NCBI GenBank assembly: GCA_025454675.1
Contig: JALONZ010000001.1
Coordinates: forward strand, 1 to 30,719
DNA length: 30,719 nt
Reading direction: 5' to 3'
Source: Anaerolineae bacterium
Lineage (GTDB): Bacteria; Chloroflexota; Anaerolineae; Aggregatilineales; Phototrophicaceae
Part shown: in pieces, positions 17,278 through 26,208 of the stretch
Layout: every line of letters starts with the position of its first letter
Position numbering within the stretch: position 1 is the first letter of the stretch
The notes under the pieces: model-generated
The model's input: the letters and a program-made list of their open reading frames with translations, nothing else
Databases searched by the model: none
Told to the model about the DNA's origin: nothing
Position numbers and translations under genes: made by a program

Positions 17278-19506
17278 TTGCGAATCGTCTCTTTAATCAT
17301 TGTATTGGCAATTTTTATCGGGGGGATTGGCTTTTTTTTCTACCCTAACACATATGCCCAAGCCATCTGTACCGAAACAAGCGGGCGCACAGAACGCCCC
17401 AGTTATTATGCGGGTACAATTCAGACCAATATGGTCTATACCATTTATTTACCCCCATGTTATGACCAAACCACCAAAAATTACCCCGTAATTTATTTGA
17501 TGCACGGCTCGAATGATGATGATAATCACTGGATACGCTTGGGCTTGCAAACCTATTTGGATGAATCAATTTCGAGTGGCAACATCCCGCCAATGATTGT
17601 GGTGTTGCCATTTGGAAATTGGATTGCTAATGAAAACCGGTTCGGATTCGATTCATGGGGGGCGGTATTTTTAGACCAACTCATGCCATTGGCGGAAAGT
17701 AGCTATCGGATTGATGCCCGCAAAGAGACACGCGCCATTGGTGGCATTTCCAGAGGGGGGTTTTGGGCATATCAAATTGGGTTGCGCCGTCCGGATTTAT
17801 TTAGCGCCATTGGTGGACATAGCGCCTTTTTTGACCGATTTCATGCCCCTCCAGAAGCAAATCCGCTTGATTTGGCTTTATCTGCGCCCAATATCGAGAC
17901 GATGCGTTTGTGGCTGGATAGGGGGGCGAATGACTATGCCGCGCCCGGTTTGGATATTATGGATGAGCGCTTAAGCCAACGCGGTATTCCCTATACGTAT
18001 ATTATCCATCCTGAAGGTGAACATAATAACACTTATTGGTCGGCGCATGTGGCAGAATACATTCAATTTTATGCCGATAGCTTGGTTTTTTCACAATCGC
18101 CAGATGCGACACCTAGCCTAGATTTGGGTATATTACCCCCACAACCCGCCTTATTTGTCACCAATACACCACGTTCACCTGAACCAACGCCGATAGATTC
18201 ATCAGGTATGGCGTTATTTTTGCCTGTGGTAGCGTTCCCTAGTATTCAATCCAGCATCGAAAATTCGCGTTTAGTGACTATCCAATCGGGCTTGTTGGAT
18301 AATAATTTTGTGGTGAGCGATGCGGTTGCTAACCAGTTAGTGGCGTTAGGAGTTGAATTGCCAATAGGCACGACTATTATCCCTGCTGATAGGTTGTATA
18401 ATACGCTTTGGCGTGATACAGGCAAATTCACACTTTTGCCTTTTGACCAAATCACGCCACGTTATCGGGTGTTGATGGTGGATGAATTGCATCCACTTGA
18501 CCAATTAGACCGTTATCCGTTTGCGTTTTGGGATGGGGGTACACCCAATTTTTATCCATCACGGCTCACACGGGTGTTGATGACGGGCGTAACAGCACTC
18601 ACACGCGATACAACGATTGCGCTGGATAAAAATGGTACAGATTGGGCAGTTTCTGCTATTTTGCCGTATACCCAAAACGCTGATTTTTTTCATATTAGCA
18701 ATGAAGTATCGTTTGTGGCAGATTGTCCGCGTGTGGGGATGAGTACCTTTAATTTTTGTAGTAAGCCTGCTCATTTTGATATTTTAACGGCGTTGGATGT
18801 GGATATTGTCGAATTGAGTGGCAATCACAACAATGATTATGGCTATGAAGCCTATATAGAAACACTGAATTGGTATGCTGAAAATGGCATGTCGGTGATT
18901 GGTGGTGGGCGCACATTATCAGAAGCGCAAACCCCCTATATTTTTGAACACAATGACAACCAGATAGGGATGATTGCGTGTAATTGGGTGGGTCCGTATT
19001 ATGCGTTTGTGAATGAAAACCCGTCATTAACAGGTGGTGTGCGCCCTGGTGCCGCAGAATGTAACCGTACATGGTTAGCAGAAGCGATTCCCCAATTGGC
19101 GGGGGCGGTGGATGTGGTGATTGTGACGGTACAATATTTGGAACTTGACCAATATCAACCGAGCAATCAACAACGCGCCGATTTTCGCTGGTTAGCAGAA
19201 TTGGGGGCGGATGTGGTCATTGGCACACAAGCGCATTTTCCGCAGACAATCGAATTTTTTCCGCAGGATGCCACCCAAGAGGCATTCATTCATTATGGAT
19301 TGGGGAATTTTTTCTTTGACCAAGAATTTTTCGCGGGCAAACGCGCCTTTTTAAACCAACTTTTTATTTATGATGGGCGCTTGCAGTTTGTTGATTTATA
19401 CCCTATCCTAATTGAAGGGCAGGGGCAACCGCGCCCTATGACTGCTGATGAACGCTTGAACTTTTTGCATCTGCTCCTCATTCAAAATGGGAGTTTTTCG
19501 CCATGA
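17278..19506 (+). CDS. Secreted fusion: alpha/beta-hydrolase esterase (Fes/antigen-85-like) + linker + CapA/PGA_cap-like domain
   Basis: Signal peptide; 'YLMHG', nucleophile 'GGISRGG', 'GEHN' His; Pro/Thr linker; CapA-like 'LSGNHNNDYG', 'GADVVIG..AH.PQ', 'YGLGNFFFDQ'. TTG start, RBS AAGGA. Confidence 0.85.
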   Translation: MRIVSLIIVLAIFIGGIGFFFYPNTYAQAICTETSGRTERPSYYAGTIQTNMVYTIYLPPCYDQTTKNYPVIYLMHGSNDDDNHWIRLGLQTYLDESISSGNIPPMIVVLPFGNWIANENRFGFDSWGAVFLDQLMPLAESSYRIDARKETRAIGGISRGGFWAYQIGLRRPDLFSAIGGHSAFFDRFHAPPEANPLDLALSAPNIETMRLWLDRGANDYAAPGLDIMDERLSQRGIPYTYIIHPEGEHNNTYWSAHVAEYIQFYADSLVFSQSPDATPSLDLGILPPQPALFVTNTPRSPEPTPIDSSGMALFLPVVAFPSIQSSIENSRLVTIQSGLLDNNFVVSDAVANQLVALGVELPIGTTIIPADRLYNTLWRDTGKFTLLPFDQITPRYRVLMVDELHPLDQLDRYPFAFWDGGTPNFYPSRLTRVLMTGVTALTRDTTIALDKNGTDWAVSAILPYTQNADFFHISNEVSFVADCPRVGMSTFNFCSKPAHFDILTALDVDIVELSGNHNNDYGYEAYIETLNWYAENGMSVIGGGRTLSEAQTPYIFEHNDNQIGMIACNWVGPYYAFVNENPSLTGGVRPGAAECNRTWLAEAIPQLAGAVDVVIVTVQYLELDQYQPSNQQRADFRWLAELGADVVIGTQAHFPQTIEFFPQDATQEAFIHYGLGNFFFDQEFFAGKRAFLNQLFIYDGRLQFVDLYPILIEGQGQPRPMTADERLNFLHLLLIQNGSFSP

Positions 19507-20180
19507 TTTGGATTAGAAAATACGGTATTTTTGCTTTTCTGGGGTTTATCATAACGGGACTGTTTGCCATTGCCTTTTTACCACCGCATCATTTCACATT
19601 TGAATTGGCGTATAACCTCAAACGGGTTTTATCGTTGTTTTTGGGGATAGCTTATGCGTTGGTGATAACCCTTGTCAATATAACCCCATTGAGCCTGTTG
19701 CTGATTTTTGTCGTCATCACCGCATTATTATGGGGATTATGGCAGGTTTGGCGTGCAAGGCGCTATCCGTTATTGATTTTTGTCACGGCATTGATTGGCG
19801 CGAATATTTTGTTTTTGGGGACGGGGAATTTCTTGGATATTGGGCGGTTAACTGCGCCAATATCCATCTGTGAGGATTATTTCATCACAGGGAAGACGGG
19901 TTTTCAGGTGATACGTTACCCGATTGAAGCCCGTCTGCGCGATGATGCCCAAACATTTATCCTTTTCTCAACGGATAATGGCACAACATGGCGACAAATT
20001 TTTACGGCATATGCGGTAAATCCACAAATTGCGGGGTGTGATAATATCGAGGCGAATTTTAATGAAGATACGGCTTGGTCGGTTATTTTTGAACAGCGTA
20101 TTGATAACACATTGCAAAATGAACGGATTCAATATCAAACATCAGACAGTGGTAATACGTTTGTGCGGGTAAATCCATGA
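19503..20180 (+). CDS. Hypothetical membrane protein with two Asp-box (BNR) motifs
   Basis: N-terminal 3-4 TM helices; 'STDNGTTW' and 'TSDSGNTF'; ATGA overlaps on both sides. Confidence 0.75.
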   Translation: MIWIRKYGIFAFLGFIITGLFAIAFLPPHHFTFELAYNLKRVLSLFLGIAYALVITLVNITPLSLLLIFVVITALLWGLWQVWRARRYPLLIFVTALIGANILFLGTGNFLDIGRLTAPISICEDYFITGKTGFQVIRYPIEARLRDDAQTFILFSTDNGTTWRQIFTAYAVNPQIAGCDNIEANFNEDTAWSVIFEQRIDNTLQNERIQYQTSDSGNTFVRVNP

Positions 20181-21856
20181 TGGATGACTATAATCACCGT
20201 GTAAAAGCGCAACATGTTGCGCCCTTACGACTCATTTTAATTTCTGTGTTATTACTTGTAGTGCTGATTGCACCCATTTCTGCCCAAGCTGACCCGATTC
20301 AAGCCCGCCTTGACCAGATGACCCTGCAACAAAAAGTCGGGCAGATGTTTTTGATTCATACATATAGTAATCGGTTGACTTTTGTGGGGCGCGAATTGCT
20401 TCAGACATGGCAACCTGCGGGGGTGGTTTTATTTGATAATAATATCGGCACGCCACAAGCCACCACCCAACTGGTGAATGAATATCAATCCGCCATGACA
20501 GAAGTGGGGGCGATTCCGTTATTTGTTTCTACCGACCAAGAAGGTGGTTGGATTATGCGGATGCGTGACGGATTTACTGAATTGCCCCCGATTGCACTGG
20601 TTACAGCTACGGATAACCCCGATTTATCGCACCGAATGGGATTGGCGATGGCGACAGAAGTCCGTGCGGTTGGGGTGAATCTGAATCTTGCGCCTGTCGC
20701 CGATTTGGATACGAATCCGAATAATACGGTCATCGGGCGGCGTTCACCGGGTGGATACCCTGATTTAGTGGGGCGGATGTTGGAAAATTACATCGCGGGG
20801 ATGCAATCAGGTGGGGTGATTGCCACCGTCAAACATTTTCCGGGTCATGGTGATACTTTAGAAGATTCGCATATTTTTCTGCCAGAAATCGGTTATACAC
20901 CCGAATTTTTGCGTGGGCGCGAATTGATTCCGTTCATTCATGCTATCAATGCGGATGTGGGTGCGGTGATGGTGGCGCATATTTGGTTTTCGGCAATAGA
21001 TAGCCAAGAATTGCCCGCAACCCTATCATATAATGTTATCAGTGGATTATTGCGTGGCGAATTGGGTTATAATGGCATTATCATGACGGATGCGATGGAT
21101 ATGGATGCGATTACAGCACGCTATACGCCCGAAGAAGCCGCCATTCGTGCAATTTTGGCGGGTGTGGATTTGGTTGTATATGGCGCGGGATTTAGCGAGG
21201 CACGGCAACAAGGCGCGATGCAAGCCGTTTATGACGCGGTTTTGGATGGTCGGATTGATGAAGCACGGATAGATGAATCGGTATATCGGATTTTATCGGC
21301 AAAATACGAATATGGATTGATGGATTGGCAACCCCAAGACCCATCTACCGCGCCTGAACGCATTGCCAGCGCTCAAACTGTGGATTTATTGCCTGATGTA
21401 TTTGATGCGGGTGTGACGGTGGCATATGACCACTTTAATCAAGTACCTGTGGATAGCCAAACACAGGTGGCGATTATTTATCCCGGTCAACGGACACTTA
21501 TCCCGCGCGAATGTGATGTGCATCATCCTGATATACAATGGTTGCCTGTGAGTAATGCGCCGACAACCGATGAAATTCAATCGGCTGTGGCATTGGCAGG
21601 GCGGGTGGATGTGGTGGTTGTATTTACGCGCAATGCGATTGCGATACCCGCGCAAATTGCATTGGTACGTGCTTTACCACCCGAAAAGACGGTAGCCGTT
21701 GCGTTATATTCACCTTATGATGGACGCGAGTTTGCTGATGTGGGTGCGTATATGGTTACATATGCGCCACAAGACCCAGGTATTAGCACCGTTTGTAAAA
21801 TTTTATTCGGTATAATGCCCCCACAAGGGACATTGGCAATCACCTTACAGCCGTAG
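20177..21856 (+). CDS. Secreted GH3 beta-N-acetylglucosaminidase (NagZ-like, two-domain)
   Basis: 'STDQEGG', 'APVAD', 'KHFPGHGDTLEDSH' (NagZ-type D-x-H dyad), nucleophile 'MTDAMDM'; signal peptide ending ISA-QA. Confidence 0.9.
   Translation: MMDDYNHRVKAQHVAPLRLILISVLLLVVLIAPISAQADPIQARLDQMTLQQKVGQMFLIHTYSNRLTFVGRELLQTWQPAGVVLFDNNIGTPQATTQLVNEYQSAMTEVGAIPLFVSTDQEGGWIMRMRDGFTELPPIALVTATDNPDLSHRMGLAMATEVRAVGVNLNLAPVADLDTNPNNTVIGRRSPGGYPDLVGRMLENYIAGMQSGGVIATVKHFPGHGDTLEDSHIFLPEIGYTPEFLRGRELIPFIHAINADVGAVMVAHIWFSAIDSQELPATLSYNVISGLLRGELGYNGIIMTDAMDMDAITARYTPEEAAIRAILAGVDLVVYGAGFSEARQQGAMQAVYDAVLDGRIDEARIDESVYRILSAKYEYGLMDWQPQDPSTAPERIASAQTVDLLPDVFDAGVTVAYDHFNQVPVDSQTQVAIIYPGQRTLIPRECDVHHPDIQWLPVSNAPTTDEIQSAVALAGRVDVVVVFTRNAIAIPAQIALVRALPPEKTVAVALYSPYDGREFADVGAYMVTYAPQDPGISTVCKILFGIMPPQGTLAITLQP
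20201..20228. repeat. REP-like palindrome inside the GH3 5' coding region
   Basis: GTAAAA-GCGCAACATGTTGCGC-CCTTAC. The 16-bp core (20207-20222) is a perfect palindrome with GTA.../...TAC ends. Confidence 0.7.
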
Positions 21857-21866
21857 CAATGATAAA

Positions 21867-21884
21867 GCGACTTGCCAGAGTCGC
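21867..21884. repeat. Short hairpin between GH3 and Clp genes
   Basis: GCGACT-TGCCAG-AGTCGC, 6-bp stem. No U-tract on +; TTTATC follows on the minus strand. Confidence 0.4.
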
Positions 21885-21938
21885 AAATTCACGTTAACTT
21901 TATATGCAGATGATTTCTTGAAGATAGATGGTGATATT

Positions 21939-24182
21939 ATGGGGACACTTAACCCAGATTTGCTTTCAAAAGATGCTGTTGTGGCATTAAATACTGCGGT
22001 TCAGTTCAAAAAACAATTCCGCAAAGATACCATTATGCCCGAATTGTTGTTATTAGCCTTATTGCGCCAAGAAAATACCGCCGCCCGCCGTTTATTGGAT
22101 ATTTTTAAGACCAATCGCGGGGTGGATTTGGAACGACTGGATAAACAAGTAGAGTTGGCGATTGAAAGTCGGCGCGACCAAAGCGGGAATTTAGATTTTG
22201 TGGCAACGGGCAATCAATCTGTGTCACTCTCACGCCAAACGATTATCCTGATTGATGATGCCCTTAGCCTTGCGAATTCACAAGATGAGGTGCGTGTAGA
22301 TACAGACCATCTCCTTGCGGTACTCAGTGAAAGCAGTATGAGTACAAGCGGGATTTTACGGCAACACGGCATCACACCTAAAGCCATACAAGATATCCTT
22401 TCGGATTATAGTAGCATTCGTCGCCGTCCCGATGGGACAACCCAAGATTTTGTGGCAGATGCCAAAGCGGGTACGCTGAAAGCGGTGCATTTCCGTGAGG
22501 ATTTGTTGCGGTATATCATCAATATCATTTCACAATCGGTCAAACGGCATGTGATTTTGGTGGGACCCGATGGTGTGGGCAAGCGCACCCTCGCATATAG
22601 TTTGGCGCTCCTGATGGCAGAAGGCAAAGGTCCCGCAGGTTTGACGAATTTGGTGCAAATTGATGAATCGGCACTGTTAGATAATGACCAAAAAGCAGTG
22701 CGTGCGGGGATGAGCAAAGCCACAGGTGGCATTTTATTTGTTGCCCATATTCATCGGTTTTTTGGCGGACCCATCAAGGCAGAATTTTCTAAAGCCACAC
22801 CGATGATTCAAAAAGCGTTTTTAGCGGATGACCCTGTGATTATCGCATCCACCACCGAGACAGAATATAACCAACGCTTGGCAGGCGTGAGCGCCATCAC
22901 CGAAAATAGTCAAATTGTGCGTGTGCCAGAACCATCCATCGAAGAAACGGTGGAAATGCTGAATATTCGCAAGCCTCATCTGGAAGCTGATTATGACATT
23001 GAAATTATCCCAGAGGCGCTCGCATTGGCGGCACGACTTGCGAAGCGATATATGGCGAAAACACCCCTCCCATTGAGTGCCGAACAATTGCTTCACCGTA
23101 CCGCCGCGATGGTGAATATGAGCAAGCAAGAAAATTTGGCATTCAAACCCGAAGCGCGTGACCATATTTTGGATGCAGAGGACATCACTTTCACCGCCAG
23201 CCAGATGACGGGTATCCCCGTGAATAAATTGGGTGAAGATGAACGCCTGCGTTATGCCAGCATGGATGAACACCTGAAAGAACGGATTATTGGTCAAGAT
23301 GTGGCGGTGGGGGCGGTCAGCCGTGCCATTAAAACGGCGCGGGTGGGGTTAAAGGATTCAAAACGCCCAATCGGTGCATTTTTATTTCTGGGTCCAACGG
23401 GTGTTGGTAAATCGGAATTGGCGAAGGCGCTGGCGGAATTTATGTTTGGCACAGAAGATGCCATGTTGCCCCTCGATATGTCCGAATTTAAGGATGAGTC
23501 GAGCCTGAATCGGTTGATTGGGTCGCCAAGTGGTTATGTGGATAGTGAAGCAGGCGGGCAACTCACAGAACGAGTACGCCAACAACCGTATATCATCGTA
23601 TTATTTGATGAGGTGGAAAAAGCACACCCACGCATTATGGATATTTTGCTTCAAGTGATTGAAGAGGGACGCTTGACGGATGGGCGCGGGAATCCGACCA
23701 ATTTTAGCGAGACGGTGATTATCCTCACCAGCAATTTGGGGTCAGAATCTCTGGCTGTGCCTGTGATTGATGATGATGCGCGTGAAGAAGCGATGGAAGA
23801 TGTTCGTACATGGTTCAGACCCGAATTTTTGAATCGGCTGGACGAAGTGATTATGTTCAACGCGCTGGATGAAGAAAATTTAGGCAGAATTTTGCGCTTA
23901 TTGCTCAAAAAAGAGAATAAGATGGCAGAAGAACGGGGCTTAAAATTGTCTTTCACAGATAAAGCGATTGCGTGGATGATGGGACAAAATGACGAACCCG
24001 AATATGGGGCGCGTCCGTTGCGCCGTATCATTCGCCGTAGTGTCCGTGAACCCCTCGCCGACTTTTTGCTCAAGACGAATCCACCCGTTGGGACAGAAGT
24101 GGTCATTGATTCCAACGCGGTGAGCGATGCCACGCTTGTTTTTAAGGCGTTGTATGATGGTAAAGAAGTGGCGATAGGATAA
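21939..24182 (+). CDS. Clp/Hsp100-family ATPase with degenerate first AAA+ module
   Basis: Double Clp-N repeat; intact D2 ('GPTGVGKSELAK', 'GYVD', 'LFDEVEKAHP', 'FRPEFLNRLD', 'GARPLRR'); D1 motifs altered. ATG at 21939 preferred over TTG at 21918. Confidence 0.9.
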   Translation: MGTLNPDLLSKDAVVALNTAVQFKKQFRKDTIMPELLLLALLRQENTAARRLLDIFKTNRGVDLERLDKQVELAIESRRDQSGNLDFVATGNQSVSLSRQTIILIDDALSLANSQDEVRVDTDHLLAVLSESSMSTSGILRQHGITPKAIQDILSDYSSIRRRPDGTTQDFVADAKAGTLKAVHFREDLLRYIINIISQSVKRHVILVGPDGVGKRTLAYSLALLMAEGKGPAGLTNLVQIDESALLDNDQKAVRAGMSKATGGILFVAHIHRFFGGPIKAEFSKATPMIQKAFLADDPVIIASTTETEYNQRLAGVSAITENSQIVRVPEPSIEETVEMLNIRKPHLEADYDIEIIPEALALAARLAKRYMAKTPLPLSAEQLLHRTAAMVNMSKQENLAFKPEARDHILDAEDITFTASQMTGIPVNKLGEDERLRYASMDEHLKERIIGQDVAVGAVSRAIKTARVGLKDSKRPIGAFLFLGPTGVGKSELAKALAEFMFGTEDAMLPLDMSEFKDESSLNRLIGSPSGYVDSEAGGQLTERVRQQPYIIVLFDEVEKAHPRIMDILLQVIEEGRLTDGRGNPTNFSETVIILTSNLGSESLAVPVIDDDAREEAMEDVRTWFRPEFLNRLDEVIMFNALDEENLGRILRLLLKKENKMAEERGLKLSFTDKAIAWMMGQNDEPEYGARPLRRIIRRSVREPLADFLLKTNPPVGTEVVIDSNAVSDATLVFKALYDGKEVAIG

Positions 24183-24184
24183 GT

Positions 24185-24775
24185 TTGGTGGACGATAAGG
24201 TTAATAAGACGCACGCTAGTCGCCCATTTCCAAAACGCCCAGATGATGGCTATTCGGCTTGGCAAGCGACAATGGGTTATATCAATATGCACCACAGCCC
24301 TGATGCGTTGCTTCAAGTGGAAGCCTATTCGCAACATGCGAAAGTATTTTGGGGTGCATCTGTATCATGGGCGGATAATCGAGAAGCTGTTGATAATTGT
24401 TTGTCGTTGCCCATCGCATTGCATGATTTATGGATGCAAGTGGAGAGGCAGTATCGCATTTTTAATAATCCAGCCGATGCGTTGCGCCGTCCATTTGGGT
24501 ATAAGGATGATGAATGGTTTGATGATGCCACACTCGATATTTTGCATCGGCTGATTCATACTACCCAAAGTGTTTTTGGTGATGATTGGCGCATTTTATG
24601 GATTTATCAACCATCCGAAACACCCGAAATGCGTGTACAAATGCGAATGCTCGCTGATAACATGAATCGTCATGCGGGTGGGCGTGGCGCAAGTTTATTA
24701 GATGCAGGGCGCGAATTATTTCGGAATGCCGCGCCTATTTACCAAGCCTTTTTAGAATCTCGTGATAACTCATAG
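24185..24775 (+). CDS. Hypothetical soluble protein, 196 aa, coupled to the Clp gene
   Basis: Starts 2 nt after the Clp stop, RBS AGGA, fills the gap to pmm exactly. No family recognised. Confidence 0.75.
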   Translation: MVDDKVNKTHASRPFPKRPDDGYSAWQATMGYINMHHSPDALLQVEAYSQHAKVFWGASVSWADNREAVDNCLSLPIALHDLWMQVERQYRIFNNPADALRRPFGYKDDEWFDDATLDILHRLIHTTQSVFGDDWRILWIYQPSETPEMRVQMRMLADNMNRHAGGRGASLLDAGRELFRNAAPIYQAFLESRDNS

Positions 24776-24790
24776 AAGGAGCATTGTTCG

Positions 24791-26206
24791 ATGACATTCG
24801 ATACATCCGTATTCAGAAAATATGATATTCGTGGCACAGTCGTTGGAAATCCGCCTCAAATAACCCCCGATTTAGCGCGTGCGGTTGGTAAGGCGTTGGG
24901 GACATACCTCCCGCAACATTTTGGCACAGACCGCGTGTTTGTGGGGTGTGATAATCGCCAAACATCCACCCCGCTCAAAGAAGCCATGATTGAAGGCTTA
25001 CTGTCTACAGGCATGGCTGTCACCGATATTGGACAAGTGATGACACCAACCACCTATTTCGCCTGTGCCAGTTATGGTGAAAAGGGCGGGGGGGTGATGA
25101 TTACTGGTAGCCACCTCGACACCCGTTATAACGGCATCAAAATGGCATTTGGCACACTGGCATTGGCAGGTGAACAAATTCAAGATTTGCTTAGAATTAT
25201 CCAAAATAATGCGTTCACGGTTGGACAGGGTAAATTGGATACCGATTTTGATATGATTCATAAGCACATGGAAAAAATTGCGAGTATGGTGTCATTCAAA
25301 AAGCCATTGACCGTTGTCTTGGATGCAGGTAATGGGTTGTCTGGGACATATATCCCCGCCGTACTGGAAAAATTAGGCGCAACGGTTCATGGTCTATATT
25401 TAGAATCGGATGGCACATATCCTAACCATCTGCCCAATCCAGAAGACCCCGAAATGACCGTAGACCTCGAAAAGAAAGTGGTCGAAGTGGGTGCAGATTT
25501 GGGCTTGGCATTTGATGGGGATAGTGACCGTTGTGGATTCATTGATAATCATGGTCATCACATTGCCGCTGACCGTCTGTTGGCATTATTGGCGCGGGAT
25601 TTACTCAGTCGTCATCCAGGGTCGTATGTGGTGTTTGATGTGAAGGCATCGCAAGCCTTGCCCGATGAAATTCGGAAATATGGTGGCAAACCGTATATGT
25701 GGAAATCGGGGCATAGCCTGATGAAACAAAAAATGCGTGAATTGGGGTCGCCATTGGGTGGTGAGGTGAGCGGACATTTATTTGTGGGCGAAAATTATTA
25801 TGGGTTTGATGATGCGCCCCTTGTCGCGCTCAAAACATTGGAAATTATTTCGCAAAGTGATAAGACGATTGCCGAAATTTTTGACGAAATTCCCAAATTG
25901 GTCGCCACACCAGAAGTCATCCTTGATGCGCCAGATGCGCTAAAATTTGCCATTATTGATGAAATTGCGGAAGAATTGGCTAAAAAATATGAGGTGGTCA
26001 CAGTAGATGGTGCGCGTGCCATTTTTGAACATGGCTGGGGCTTGGTGCGTGCCAGCAATACTCAACCCGCCATTACCTTGCGCTTTGAAGCCTATACACG
26101 CCCGCAAATTGTGGAATACATGACTATTTTCAAAGCCTTGCTCGATAAGCATCCAGAAATTAATCAAGATAAACTGGTCGCCCAAATTGCGAAGTTCTCG
26201 GAGTAA
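24791..26206 (+). CDS. Phosphomannomutase/phosphoglucomutase
   Basis: 'FRKYDIRG', phosphoserine 'ITGSH', metal loop 'FDGDSDR', sugar loop 'GEVSGH', 'VRASNTQP'. Confidence 0.95.
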   Translation: MTFDTSVFRKYDIRGTVVGNPPQITPDLARAVGKALGTYLPQHFGTDRVFVGCDNRQTSTPLKEAMIEGLLSTGMAVTDIGQVMTPTTYFACASYGEKGGGVMITGSHLDTRYNGIKMAFGTLALAGEQIQDLLRIIQNNAFTVGQGKLDTDFDMIHKHMEKIASMVSFKKPLTVVLDAGNGLSGTYIPAVLEKLGATVHGLYLESDGTYPNHLPNPEDPEMTVDLEKKVVEVGADLGLAFDGDSDRCGFIDNHGHHIAADRLLALLARDLLSRHPGSYVVFDVKASQALPDEIRKYGGKPYMWKSGHSLMKQKMRELGSPLGGEVSGHLFVGENYYGFDDAPLVALKTLEIISQSDKTIAEIFDEIPKLVATPEVILDAPDALKFAIIDEIAEELAKKYEVVTVDGARAIFEHGWGLVRASNTQPAITLRFEAYTRPQIVEYMTIFKALLDKHPEINQDKLVAQIAKFSE

Positions 26207-26208
26207 TT

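Noticed and set aside
21857-21938. CIRCE or other heat-shock operator before the Clp gene
   Set aside because: No TTAGCACTC-N9-GAGTGCTAA or similar repeat; only a 6-bp hairpin.
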